A DNA stretch of 64,000 nt from an uncultured delta proteobacterium (lineage in GTDB: Bacteria; Myxococcota_A; Polyangia; Polyangiales; JAFGIB01). Made by a program: the position numbers and the translations under genes. Below, in pieces: positions 18,307 through 28,456 of this stretch (position 1 is its first letter; each line of letters starts with the position of its first letter). The notes beneath the pieces were generated by a model. It was not told the DNA's origin. It worked only from the letters and a program-made list of their open reading frames with translations, and ran no database searches. The stretch is taken from assembly GCA_963778655.1 (NCBI GenBank), contig CAVZVA010000010.1, positions 1,576,924 to 1,640,923 of the forward strand, in the 5' to 3' direction.

Positions 18307-20397
18307 GTGAGCGCGCGCGCTGCCGGCTGGCTGCCCCGCCATTATCAGGCTGTGCTCCTGGCGCTGACCGGCGGCCTGCTCGGCCTGCACCCGTTGGCCG
18401 AATCCGACACGTTCTTTCACCTGATGCTGGGCCGCGCGGTGCTCTCCCAGGGCTCGCGCGTGGTCCGCGAGCCCACCGCGTTCCGCGCGTTCAGCGATCC
18501 GTGCGTCGTGCCCGAGTGGCTGTGGGACGTCGCGAGCTACGGGCTGTACCGGCTGGGCGGCTATGTCGCGCTCACCGCCTTGAACGTGACGTGCGGCGCG
18601 GCGGCGGGCGTGCTGCTGCTGTGGCTTGCGCGGCGCGTCGCCGGAACGCAGGGCGCGTGGGCCTTGTTGCCGGCGCTTCTGGCGTCGAGCGCGGTGGCTA
18701 CGCGGCTCAGCGACCGGCCGCAGAGCGCAGCGCTGGTGCTGCTGCCGGCGTTCCTGCTGCTCGCGTATGTCTACCGCGACCGGGCGCGGCTGCGGGCGCG
18801 CGCGGCGCTGGGGCTGGCCGCGCTTGCGCTGCTGTGGGCGCAGCTCCACGGCAGCTTCGTGTTGGCTCCCTTGCTGCTGCTCTTGGTGCTGGCGGGCGAG
18901 GCGCACGGACCGAGCCTGGCGGAGCGCGTGCGGCGGCACGGACCGCTGCTGCTCGCTTTGGCGCTGGCGGCGACCACCAGCGCGTATGGCCTCGGCATCG
19001 GCTCGTACGTGCTCGCGCACGCCGGCGGCGACGCGGTGCGCCACATCGAGGACATGAAGCGGCTGTCGTGGGCGTCGCTGAGCCCGTTTGCCGGTGCGCG
19101 CGAGGCCGCGTTGCTGTGTCTGTGGAGCCTGGGCGCGCTGGGCCTGTGGCGGCGCGGCCTGGCCGTCTCCGAGCTCGCGCTGGCGTTGCTCGGCGCGGCG
19201 CTGGCATACACCGCGATGCGCTTCGAGATCGACGCCTGCGTGCTCGCGCTGCCACTGGCCGCGCGCGCGCTTCCGCCAGGCGCGGGCGCGCGCGCGCCTG
19301 GCGCGGCCGGCGTGTGGCCGCGGGTCGCGGCGGTGGCGCTCGCGCTCTGGCTGCCGCTGTGGTCGCGGTCGTTCGTGGATCAGTACTTCGGGCCGTGGCC
19401 AGGCGGCGGGATGGACTCGGGGCGCTTCCCGTATCTCGCGAGCCGCTACCTGCGCAAGCTGCCGCGCGGGACGCCGGTGCTGACCTCGTACGCTGCGGGT
19501 GCGCCGCTCGGCTTCTGGCTCGACGGGCGGGTGCGCACCTACGTCGACGGCCGCACGCCGATGTACTTCGACGACACCGATTACGCGGTCGCGCGCGATC
19601 TCGCCGCCAGCCCCGAGGTGCTGTCGCGCGTGATCGCTCGCTATGGGGCTCGCGCCGCCGTGATCGAACGCGACTCGCCCGCCTGCGAGCTGCTGGCGCA
19701 ACGCTGGAGCGTGGTGGTCGCCGAGCCCCGCTTCACCACGTTCGTGCCCGCGGGCTCCGCGCCGCCGCTGCAGGGGCTCTCGGCTTGCGGCGAGCTGATG
19801 CTGGCGCCCGATGCGTGCGCGCGCGAGCCCGAGCTGCGCGCCGCTGCGCGGCGCCTGCGCGCGCTCGCCGACACGCCTTACACGCGCTTTGTCGAGGTCG
19901 CGGCGGCCGTGCAGTGCGCGCCGCAGCGGGCGGGGCGCTACGCGGCGAGGCTGCAGGACGAGCGCGCCGCTCGCACGTTCTTACGCGCGCAACGCAACGC
20001 GCACGTGGCCGCGCTGCTGGCCACGGGCGAGCTCGATCGCGCCCAGGCGCTGGTGCTCGACTCGATCGGGCGGCGCTGGATGGATGGCCTGCGCTGGCTG
20101 ACCACGCCGCTCGGCGAGCGCGTGCCGTTGTCGATGGCGCGGCGCTGGCTGCAGCGCGGCATCGACGCGATGGACGACAGCGCGCCGCCCGTGCTGCGCG
20201 CACAGCTCGCGATCGCGTGCGCGGCCGAAGGCGATGCCGAGTGCGCGCGCTTGCAGGCCACGCGGGCGGCGCTGTGGGGCGAGCCCGCGGCGCTGGCGCC
20301 GCTGTCGTGGGTCGCGCAGCACCATCCGTCGGCGCGCGCCCGCGCGGACGCCCGCGCCTGGCTCGCGCTCCTGCGCCCGGCGGCCGCGCGACCGTGA
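18307..20397 (+). CDS. large polytopic membrane protein with soluble helical C-terminal domain (function unknown)
   Basis: Frame of track ORF 18094..20397. About 10 hydrophobic helices lie in the first ~400 aa ('YQAVLLALTGGLLGLHPL', 'AALVLLPAFLLLAYVY', ...). An Ala/Arg-rich helical region follows. Start tentatively GTG 18307. Confidence 0.5.
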   Translation: MSARAAGWLPRHYQAVLLALTGGLLGLHPLAESDTFFHLMLGRAVLSQGSRVVREPTAFRAFSDPCVVPEWLWDVASYGLYRLGGYVALTALNVTCGAAAGVLLLWLARRVAGTQGAWALLPALLASSAVATRLSDRPQSAALVLLPAFLLLAYVYRDRARLRARAALGLAALALLWAQLHGSFVLAPLLLLLVLAGEAHGPSLAERVRRHGPLLLALALAATTSAYGLGIGSYVLAHAGGDAVRHIEDMKRLSWASLSPFAGAREAALLCLWSLGALGLWRRGLAVSELALALLGAALAYTAMRFEIDACVLALPLAARALPPGAGARAPGAAGVWPRVAAVALALWLPLWSRSFVDQYFGPWPGGGMDSGRFPYLASRYLRKLPRGTPVLTSYAAGAPLGFWLDGRVRTYVDGRTPMYFDDTDYAVARDLAASPEVLSRVIARYGARAAVIERDSPACELLAQRWSVVVAEPRFTTFVPAGSAPPLQGLSACGELMLAPDACAREPELRAAARRLRALADTPYTRFVEVAAAVQCAPQRAGRYAARLQDERAARTFLRAQRNAHVAALLATGELDRAQALVLDSIGRRWMDGLRWLTTPLGERVPLSMARRWLQRGIDAMDDSAPPVLRAQLAIACAAEGDAECARLQATRAALWGEPAALAPLSWVAQHHPSARARADARAWLALLRPAAARP

Positions 20398-20499
20398 GGC
20401 AGCCGCTGGCCGAGCGCCGCGGCCAAACCGGGCGACCGGCCGCGCCCGCGATCGGTCGCGCCAACGCCCGCGGCCCGGTGTAAGCTCGGCCCCCCGCTC

Positions 20500-21198
20500 A
20501 TGGATCCCGCCGGCGAGAAGGTGCTCGAGGTTCGCGACCTCACGGTGACCCTCGAGAACCACGTCGTTCTCGAGGATCTGTCGTTCAGCGTCCGGGCCGG
20601 GGAGATCCTGACCATCCTGGGGCCCAACGGCGCGGGCAAGACGGTGCTGCTGCGCGCGCTGCTCGGCGTGCTGCCGTACTCGGGCTCGATTCACTGGAAG
20701 CAGGGCACGCGCATCGGCTACGTGCCGCAACGCCTGCCGTACATCCGCGACGTGCCCGTCAGCGTGGGCGACTTCTTCGCGCTCAAGCACAGCTCGGCCG
20801 AGGAGGCGCGGCACATGCTGCAGGCCGTGGGGCTCGACGCGGAGGTGGCGGCCAAGCGCGTGGGCGACGTGTCCTCCGGACAGTTCCAGCGCATCTTGAT
20901 CGCGTGGGGTCTGGTGGGCGATCCCCACGTGCTGCTGTTCGACGAGCCCACCACCGGCGTCGACGCCAGCGGCGAGGAGACCGTGTACGCGCTACTGGCG
21001 CGGCTGCACCGCGAGCGCCAGCTGACCATGCTCCTGGTTACGCACGACCTGGCGGTGGCGGCCCGGCTCTCGTCCACCGTGCTGTGCCTGAACCGGCGGC
21101 CGGTGTGCCACGGTCCCCCGCTCGAGGTGCTCACGCCCGAGAGCCTGCGGCGCTTGTACGGGACCGAGGTGCGGTACCACCAGCACAGCCACGAGTAG
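20500..21198 (+). CDS. metal (Zn/Mn-type) ABC transporter ATP-binding protein
   Basis: Walker A 'GPNGAGKT', signature 'VSSGQFQRILIA', Walker B 'LLFDEPTTGVD'. Size and layout resemble ZnuC/MntA. Confidence 0.8.
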   Translation: MDPAGEKVLEVRDLTVTLENHVVLEDLSFSVRAGEILTILGPNGAGKTVLLRALLGVLPYSGSIHWKQGTRIGYVPQRLPYIRDVPVSVGDFFALKHSSAEEARHMLQAVGLDAEVAAKRVGDVSSGQFQRILIAWGLVGDPHVLLFDEPTTGVDASGEETVYALLARLHRERQLTMLLVTHDLAVAARLSSTVLCLNRRPVCHGPPLEVLTPESLRRLYGTEVRYHQHSHE

Positions 21199-21201
21199 CG
21201 C

Positions 21202-21966
21202 ATGGGTGATCCCTTCGTCCTTGGCCTGATCTCCGGCTCGCTGATCGGCGGCGCGGCTGGCTACCTCGGCTCGCTGATGCTGGGGCGCCGCATGGCGCTG
21301 GTGGCCGGCCCGCTCGGTCACCTGACCCTGCCCGGCATTGCGCTGGCGCTGCTCTACGGCTTCGACGTGTCGCTCGGTGCGTTTCCGTTCGTGATCCTGG
21401 GCGTGCTGCTGATCTGGCTGTTCGAGATGAAGACCAAGCTGCCGATGGAGGCGCTGACGGCGCTGGTGTTCGCCTCCGGGGTCGCGCTCGCGTTTCTCTT
21501 TCTGCCGATCGAGCAGGCCGAGACGGCGCTGGTCGGCGACATCACGCGCACCACGCCGCGCGACGCGTGGCTCTCCGCCGCGGTGTCGCTGCTGGTCATC
21601 GCCGGCGTCAAGCGCATCTACCCGAAGCTGATTCTGATCGGCATCTCCGAGGACCTGGCCACCGCCGAGGGCGTCGACGTCAAGCGCCACAACCTGGCCT
21701 ACCTGCTCTTGATCTCGGTGATCGTCGCGCTCGGCGCCAAGATGGTGGGCGGGCTGCTGACGGCCGCGCTGGTGGCGATCCCGGCGGCAGTCGCGCGCAA
21801 CCTGGCCCGCGACCTGCGCCACTACGCCGCCACCGCGATCGGCGTGGGCGTGGGCTCCTCGCTGCTCGGAATCGCGCTGTTCCGCCTGACCGGCCTGCCG
21901 GCCGGCCCGTTGATCGTGCTGGTGAGCGCGGCGGCCTTCCTGGCCTCGCTGCCCTTCGTGCGCTGA
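21202..21966 (+). CDS. ABC-3 family metal transporter permease (ZnuB/MntB-like)
   Basis: 254 aa, about 8 TM. 'ISEDLATAEGVDVKRHNLAYLLLISVIVALGAKMVGGLL' is typical of ABC-3 permeases. It starts 3 nt after the ATPase gene. Confidence 0.8.
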   Translation: MGDPFVLGLISGSLIGGAAGYLGSLMLGRRMALVAGPLGHLTLPGIALALLYGFDVSLGAFPFVILGVLLIWLFEMKTKLPMEALTALVFASGVALAFLFLPIEQAETALVGDITRTTPRDAWLSAAVSLLVIAGVKRIYPKLILIGISEDLATAEGVDVKRHNLAYLLLISVIVALGAKMVGGLLTAALVAIPAAVARNLARDLRHYAATAIGVGVGSSLLGIALFRLTGLPAGPLIVLVSAAAFLASLPFVR

Positions 21967-22072
21967 GCGCCCCGCCCTCGCCCAGATGAGATTCAGAGGA
22001 AAACGCGAAGCCGGGAAGCGCGGATCGTCGCTCCCTTCCCGCCTTCCCGTCTTCCTGTTGATCTTCGGAAGG

Positions 22073-23329
22073 CTACCGTACCGCGCGCCTTGTCAGCACC
22101 ACCGCGAGCACGCCGAGCGCGAGCGAGGCTGCGGCCCAGGCGAGCTCCTGGCGCGTGGCCTGGGTGAAGATCCAGAGGCTGACCGCAGCGCCGAGCAGCG
22201 GCAGCAGCGGGCCGAGCGGGATTCGGAAGCCGCGCGCGGGCGGGCGTGCGCGCAGCTTGGGCACCGCTAGGCAGGTCGCCAGGTACTGCGTGGCGACCGC
22301 CACGTTCGACATCCCGATCAGCGAGCGATAGTCGAGCGGGATCACCAGCAGCATGGCCGCGATCGCGGTCACCACCACCGCCTTGTGCGGCGATTCGAAG
22401 CGCGGGTGTACGGCGCCGAGCGCCGCGGGCAGGTAGCCGTCCTGCGCCATCGCGAACAGATAGCGCGGCGTGCCGAGCGCGCTGCCCGACACGAAGCCCA
22501 GGGTGGAGACCAGGCCGCCGGCCGTGACCACCAGCCCCAGCGCGGGCACCACCGCGATCGCCGCGTCCGCCAGCGGCGTGTCGCTGACCGCGCCCAGCCG
22601 GCCGTAGCCGCCGACCAGCGCGCACTGCACCACCACGTAGAGCAGCGAAGCGGCGAGCATCGAGGCGATCACCGCGATCGGCACGTGGCGCTCGGGCGCG
22701 TGGGTCTCGCCCGCCGGCACCGGCACCACCTCGAAGCCCTGCGCCGCGAACACCGCCATGAAGGTCGCCGCGCCCACGCCGGACAGCCCGTGCGGCGCCG
22801 GCGCCGAGAAGGGCGCGAGCGAAAGGTGCGGCAGCAGCGCCGCCACCAGCACCACCAGCACCGCGAACTTGCCCAGCGTGAACAGGTCGACGGTGCGCGC
22901 CCCGGGCCGCGCGCCGCGGTAGTTGATCCAGGCGAAGAACGCGATCACCAGCAGGCCCACGGCCTTGCCTGCGACGGCGCCCGACAGCGCCGGCAGCAGC
23001 CGGCCGAGATAGGCCGCCGCGGCCGAGGAAACCGCCGCGAAGGAAAAGGTCGAGTTCGCGAAGCACATCCAGCCTACCGCAAAGCCCACGCGCGGCCCGA
23101 ACGCCTCGCGCGCGTAGACGTACGGCCCGCCCGTGCGGTCGACGCTGCTGGCGGCCTCCGAGTAGCACAGCGCGACCGGCAGCAGACCGAGCGCGCACAG
23201 CACAAAGGCCAGCGGCGAGAGCCCGCCCATCTCGCGGTACAGGTCGTCGGGCAGCAGGAAGATGCCGGAGCCGACGATGGCGTTCAGCCCGATGCAGGTG
23301 ACATCGAACAGGCCCAGCGATCGCCGCAT
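22073..23329 (-). CDS. APC superfamily amino acid permease
   Basis: 418 aa. The N-terminus 'LGLFDVTCIGLNAIVGSGIFLLP' is the APC consensus. 12-TM pattern. Confidence 0.8.
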   Translation of the reverse strand: MRRSLGLFDVTCIGLNAIVGSGIFLLPDDLYREMGGLSPLAFVLCALGLLPVALCYSEAASSVDRTGGPYVYAREAFGPRVGFAVGWMCFANSTFSFAAVSSAAAAYLGRLLPALSGAVAGKAVGLLVIAFFAWINYRGARPGARTVDLFTLGKFAVLVVLVAALLPHLSLAPFSAPAPHGLSGVGAATFMAVFAAQGFEVVPVPAGETHAPERHVPIAVIASMLAASLLYVVVQCALVGGYGRLGAVSDTPLADAAIAVVPALGLVVTAGGLVSTLGFVSGSALGTPRYLFAMAQDGYLPAALGAVHPRFESPHKAVVVTAIAAMLLVIPLDYRSLIGMSNVAVATQYLATCLAVPKLRARPPARGFRIPLGPLLPLLGAAVSLWIFTQATRQELAWAAASLALGVLAVVLTRRAVR

Positions 23330-23384
23330 GCGGGCATCCTCGCACGCTTTGCTCGCGCTTGCGCGCGCTCGCCGCGGGGCGGGC

Positions 23385-24782
23385 TCAGGGCGCGGCGATC
23401 ACCACGCAGCGCGTCCACGGCTCGGGCGCGCCGCCGCTCGGCTTGGTCTGGCTGCTCAGGCGCAGATAGTAGGGGGCGTCGGCTGTCACACCGAAGCCGT
23501 TGAGATTGATGTCTCCCTGCTGGGTCTGCGGCGCGGACACCAGCACCGCGTCCGAAGCGTCGCGCAGCTCGGCCAGCAGGCCGCGCACGCCCGAGCCGCC
23601 GCTCTGGCCCTCGCATGCCACCGTGATCTGCTCGCCTGCCTTGGCGTCGAAGCGGTAGTAGTCGACGTCGTCGGGCGGCAAGGTGGACAGCAGCAAGCCC
23701 CTGCGGCTGAAGCTGCCTTGCATGTCGATGATCTGCGCGCCGACCAGCTGATTGTTGTCGGTGTCGGACAGCTCGGGCGGGTTGTCGGGAAGCTGCACCA
23801 GGTCGATCGCGTAGAAGCCGTTGTCGCCGAGCTCGCTCTGCGTGGTCAGCTTGACGCGATAATCCCCATCGGTGATCGGCGGGTGGAAGTACTCCTGGCC
23901 CATGCTGCCCAGGATCTCCGCCAGCGGCTGGCCGGCGCTGGTCTCGACCCGCAGGTCGGTGTAGCCCGCGCTCGAGCCGTTGCCGGGCACGCCCGCCGGC
24001 AGCACGTGTCCGACCAGCACCTGGGCGTGCAGGCCGCTGAAGGTGAGCTCCTCGGTCTGATCGGGCGCGAAGCTGCCCACCACCGTGGCGTAGGCGTAGC
24101 CGCTGGCCGCGTCGGTGGCGAACTCGACCGGGGTGGGGCCCTCGCCCTGCTTTATGGCCACGCCCGGCGTGCCCGGAAGCAGGGCCTTGAGCGTGAAGTG
24201 GTAGTAGATGAGCGAGAACGCGCTGTTGAAGTAGTCGGGCGGGATCGCGGGATCTTGCACGCGCGCGTAGTACCTGCCGCTGCGTGGCAGCCGCACGACC
24301 AGGCGCGCGTCGATGGCGTCGCCCGGCCACATCGAGCCGCTGTCGTTCTCCGCGATCAGCTGTCGATCGGGGTCGTAGAGCTTGATCACGGTGTCGGGGC
24401 TGAAATCGTTGACGTCCGTGGCCAGTGCGAAATAGTCGCCCTCGTTGCCGTCGAAGGCGTAGAAGTCGGCCTGGGTGGCGCTGTAGACCGTCTGCAGCAC
24501 GGGCTGCGAATCGGGCTCGACCAGCAACGCGGTATCGAAGCTCAGGTTGGTGGGCTGGAACGGCGCCGTCGCTGCGTCGGTCCCGGCGTCCACCGTCGCG
24601 TCCACGGCCGCGGCGTCCACGGCCGCGGCGTCCAGGCCGGCGTCCGCGCCCGCAGCCGCATCGCCCGCTTGCGCGGCCTCGGCGTCCCGGCCGCCGGCAG
24701 GCACGGTGGCGCGACCGTCGCTGCAGCCGAGCGCGACCGTCCACATGCCGGCGGCGAGCGCCATGCTGCGGCCAACACCCAT
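23385..24782 (-). CDS. hypothetical lipoprotein with repeated pre-peptidase-C-terminal (PPC)-like beta-sandwich motifs
   Basis: Lipobox 'MWTVALGC', then an Asp/Ala-rich linker. Recurrent PPC-like motifs: 'DFYAFDGNEGDYFALATD', 'SGRYYARVQD', 'VDYYRFDAKAGEQITVACEG', 'APYYLRLSSQ'. Confidence 0.5.
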   Translation of the reverse strand: MGVGRSMALAAGMWTVALGCSDGRATVPAGGRDAEAAQAGDAAAGADAGLDAAAVDAAAVDATVDAGTDAATAPFQPTNLSFDTALLVEPDSQPVLQTVYSATQADFYAFDGNEGDYFALATDVNDFSPDTVIKLYDPDRQLIAENDSGSMWPGDAIDARLVVRLPRSGRYYARVQDPAIPPDYFNSAFSLIYYHFTLKALLPGTPGVAIKQGEGPTPVEFATDAASGYAYATVVGSFAPDQTEELTFSGLHAQVLVGHVLPAGVPGNGSSAGYTDLRVETSAGQPLAEILGSMGQEYFHPPITDGDYRVKLTTQSELGDNGFYAIDLVQLPDNPPELSDTDNNQLVGAQIIDMQGSFSRRGLLLSTLPPDDVDYYRFDAKAGEQITVACEGQSGGSGVRGLLAELRDASDAVLVSAPQTQQGDINLNGFGVTADAPYYLRLSSQTKPSGGAPEPWTRCVVIAAP

Positions 24783-24855
24783 GCCCGCAGCCTACGCGAC
24801 CTGGCCCGGTTTTGCACCGCGACACGAGGTCGCAGCCCAGCTGTGCAAGATCGGC

Positions 24856-26697
<1,842 letters not shown>

Positions 26698-26785
26698 GGA
26701 GCGTGTCCGATCGTAGCACGCCGGCGTTTCCGGGAAAGTTGCGGGACTTGGTCTGCCCGGCGGCCGTCGCTAGGATGGCACAGGG

Positions 26786-28456
26786 ATGTGCTCCGGGGCT
26801 CGGGTGGGTGGCTGGGCGTGCTGCGTGCTGTGGCTGGGCGCTTGCTCGGGCACGATTCACCAGGCGCAGGGTCGGGCGCGGCCCGGGGGGGCGGCGCCGG
26901 CTATGGCTGGTGGGGTCGCCGGCACGGGCGCGGCGGCCGGCGGCGCGCCGTTCGTGGCGGCGGCCAGCGTGGCGCGCAGGCTCTCCCGCGCCGAGCTCGA
27001 CAACACGCTACGCGACCTGCTGGGCGACGACAGCGCGCCGGCCACGCGCTTGCTGGCCGAAGAGCTGTATTCGCCCTATGACAACGACTACACCACGCAG
27101 GCCGCGTCGGGCGCGCTGATCGACTCGCTCGAGGCGATGGCGACCGACGTCGCGGCGCGCGTGGTCGCCGACCCGGGGCTGCGCGCGCGGCTTGTGCCGT
27201 GCACGCCTTCGGGGCCGGGCGATGCCGCGTGCTTCCGCCAGTTCGTAGGCAGCTTTGGACGCCGCGCCTTGCGCCGGCCGCTCACCAGCCAGGAGCTGGA
27301 CGCGTACCAGACGCTGCTCGACTACGCGACCGAGGACAACCCGGCGGTGCCTCACGATTTCTACACCGCGGTCGAGCTCACGCTGCGCTCGGTGCTGCAG
27401 GACCCGGAGTTTCTCTACCGCATCGAGGTCGGCACGCCGACCGCGACCGCTTCGGTGGATGCGCTCGACGACTACGAGATTGCGGCGCGCCTGAGCTACC
27501 TGCTATGGGGCAGCACGCCCGACGACGCCCTGCTGGACGATGCCGACGCCGGCCGGCTGCAGGTCCCCGCGGGCCGGCGCGCAGCGGCCGAGCGCCTGCT
27601 CGCCGACCCCCGCGCCCGCGCGCAGCTACACCGCTTTCACGCGATGTGGTTGGGTTATCGCGCGATTCCGCAGCCGCCCGAGCTGACGGCCGAGCTGCAG
27701 CGCGAGACCACCGCGCTGATCGACCGCATCGTGTTCGACGAGCCGCAGAGCTATCTTAACCTGTTCACCTTCCCGCAGACCCGGCTCGACGACGCGCTGG
27801 CCGATCACTACGGGCTGCCGCGGCCGGCGGGCGGCGACGGCTGGGTCGACTACGGCGACAGCGGCCGCGCGGGAATTCTCTCGCACGGCAGCGTCCTGGG
27901 CGCGTTCAGCAAGTTCAGCGACACCAGTCCCACCCAGCGCGGGATCCTGATCCGCACCCGGCTGCTGTGCCAGACGATCGGCCGGCCGCCCGCCAACGTC
28001 ATGGCCGACAAGCCGCCGGGCGACAACAGCGCGGTGTGCAAGTACGACCGTTACGCCGAGCACCGCGCGAACGCCGCGTGCGCCAGCTGTCACGATCAGC
28101 TCGACCCGATCGGCTTCGGGCTGGAGCGCTACGACATCGGGGGCGTGTACCGCACGCACGATGAGGGCTTGCCGCAGTGCGCGATCTCGGGTCAGGGCGA
28201 GGTCAAGGGCTACGGGACCTTCAGCGGCCCCGGTGAGCTCGGCAAGCTGCTGGTCGAGAAGGGGCTGGTGCAGCCCTGCATCGTGCGCCAGCTCTGGCAG
28301 TTCGCGAGCGGCCGGCCCGCCTTGCCCGAGGAGAGCGCGGAGATCGACGCGCTCAGCGCGGGCTTCGAGCAGCACGGCTACGCGCTGCAGCAGCTGCTGC
28401 TCGCCTACGTGGCGGAGCCGGCGTTCGCCCTGCGCCGCGAGCCGGAGATGATGTGA
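26786..28456 (+). CDS. multi-DUF (DUF1587/DUF1592/DUF1595/DUF1588/DUF1585-type) protein with CxxCH haem-c motif
   Basis: Signal 'WACCVLWLGAC'. 'RRLSRAELDNTLRDLLG', a central helical region, and 'CASCHDQLDPIGFGLERYDIGGVYR'. Family assignment is from memory of hallmark motifs, not an HMM run. Confidence 0.7.
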   Translation: MCSGARVGGWACCVLWLGACSGTIHQAQGRARPGGAAPAMAGGVAGTGAAAGGAPFVAAASVARRLSRAELDNTLRDLLGDDSAPATRLLAEELYSPYDNDYTTQAASGALIDSLEAMATDVAARVVADPGLRARLVPCTPSGPGDAACFRQFVGSFGRRALRRPLTSQELDAYQTLLDYATEDNPAVPHDFYTAVELTLRSVLQDPEFLYRIEVGTPTATASVDALDDYEIAARLSYLLWGSTPDDALLDDADAGRLQVPAGRRAAAERLLADPRARAQLHRFHAMWLGYRAIPQPPELTAELQRETTALIDRIVFDEPQSYLNLFTFPQTRLDDALADHYGLPRPAGGDGWVDYGDSGRAGILSHGSVLGAFSKFSDTSPTQRGILIRTRLLCQTIGRPPANVMADKPPGDNSAVCKYDRYAEHRANAACASCHDQLDPIGFGLERYDIGGVYRTHDEGLPQCAISGQGEVKGYGTFSGPGELGKLLVEKGLVQPCIVRQLWQFASGRPALPEESAEIDALSAGFEQHGYALQQLLLAYVAEPAFALRREPEMM

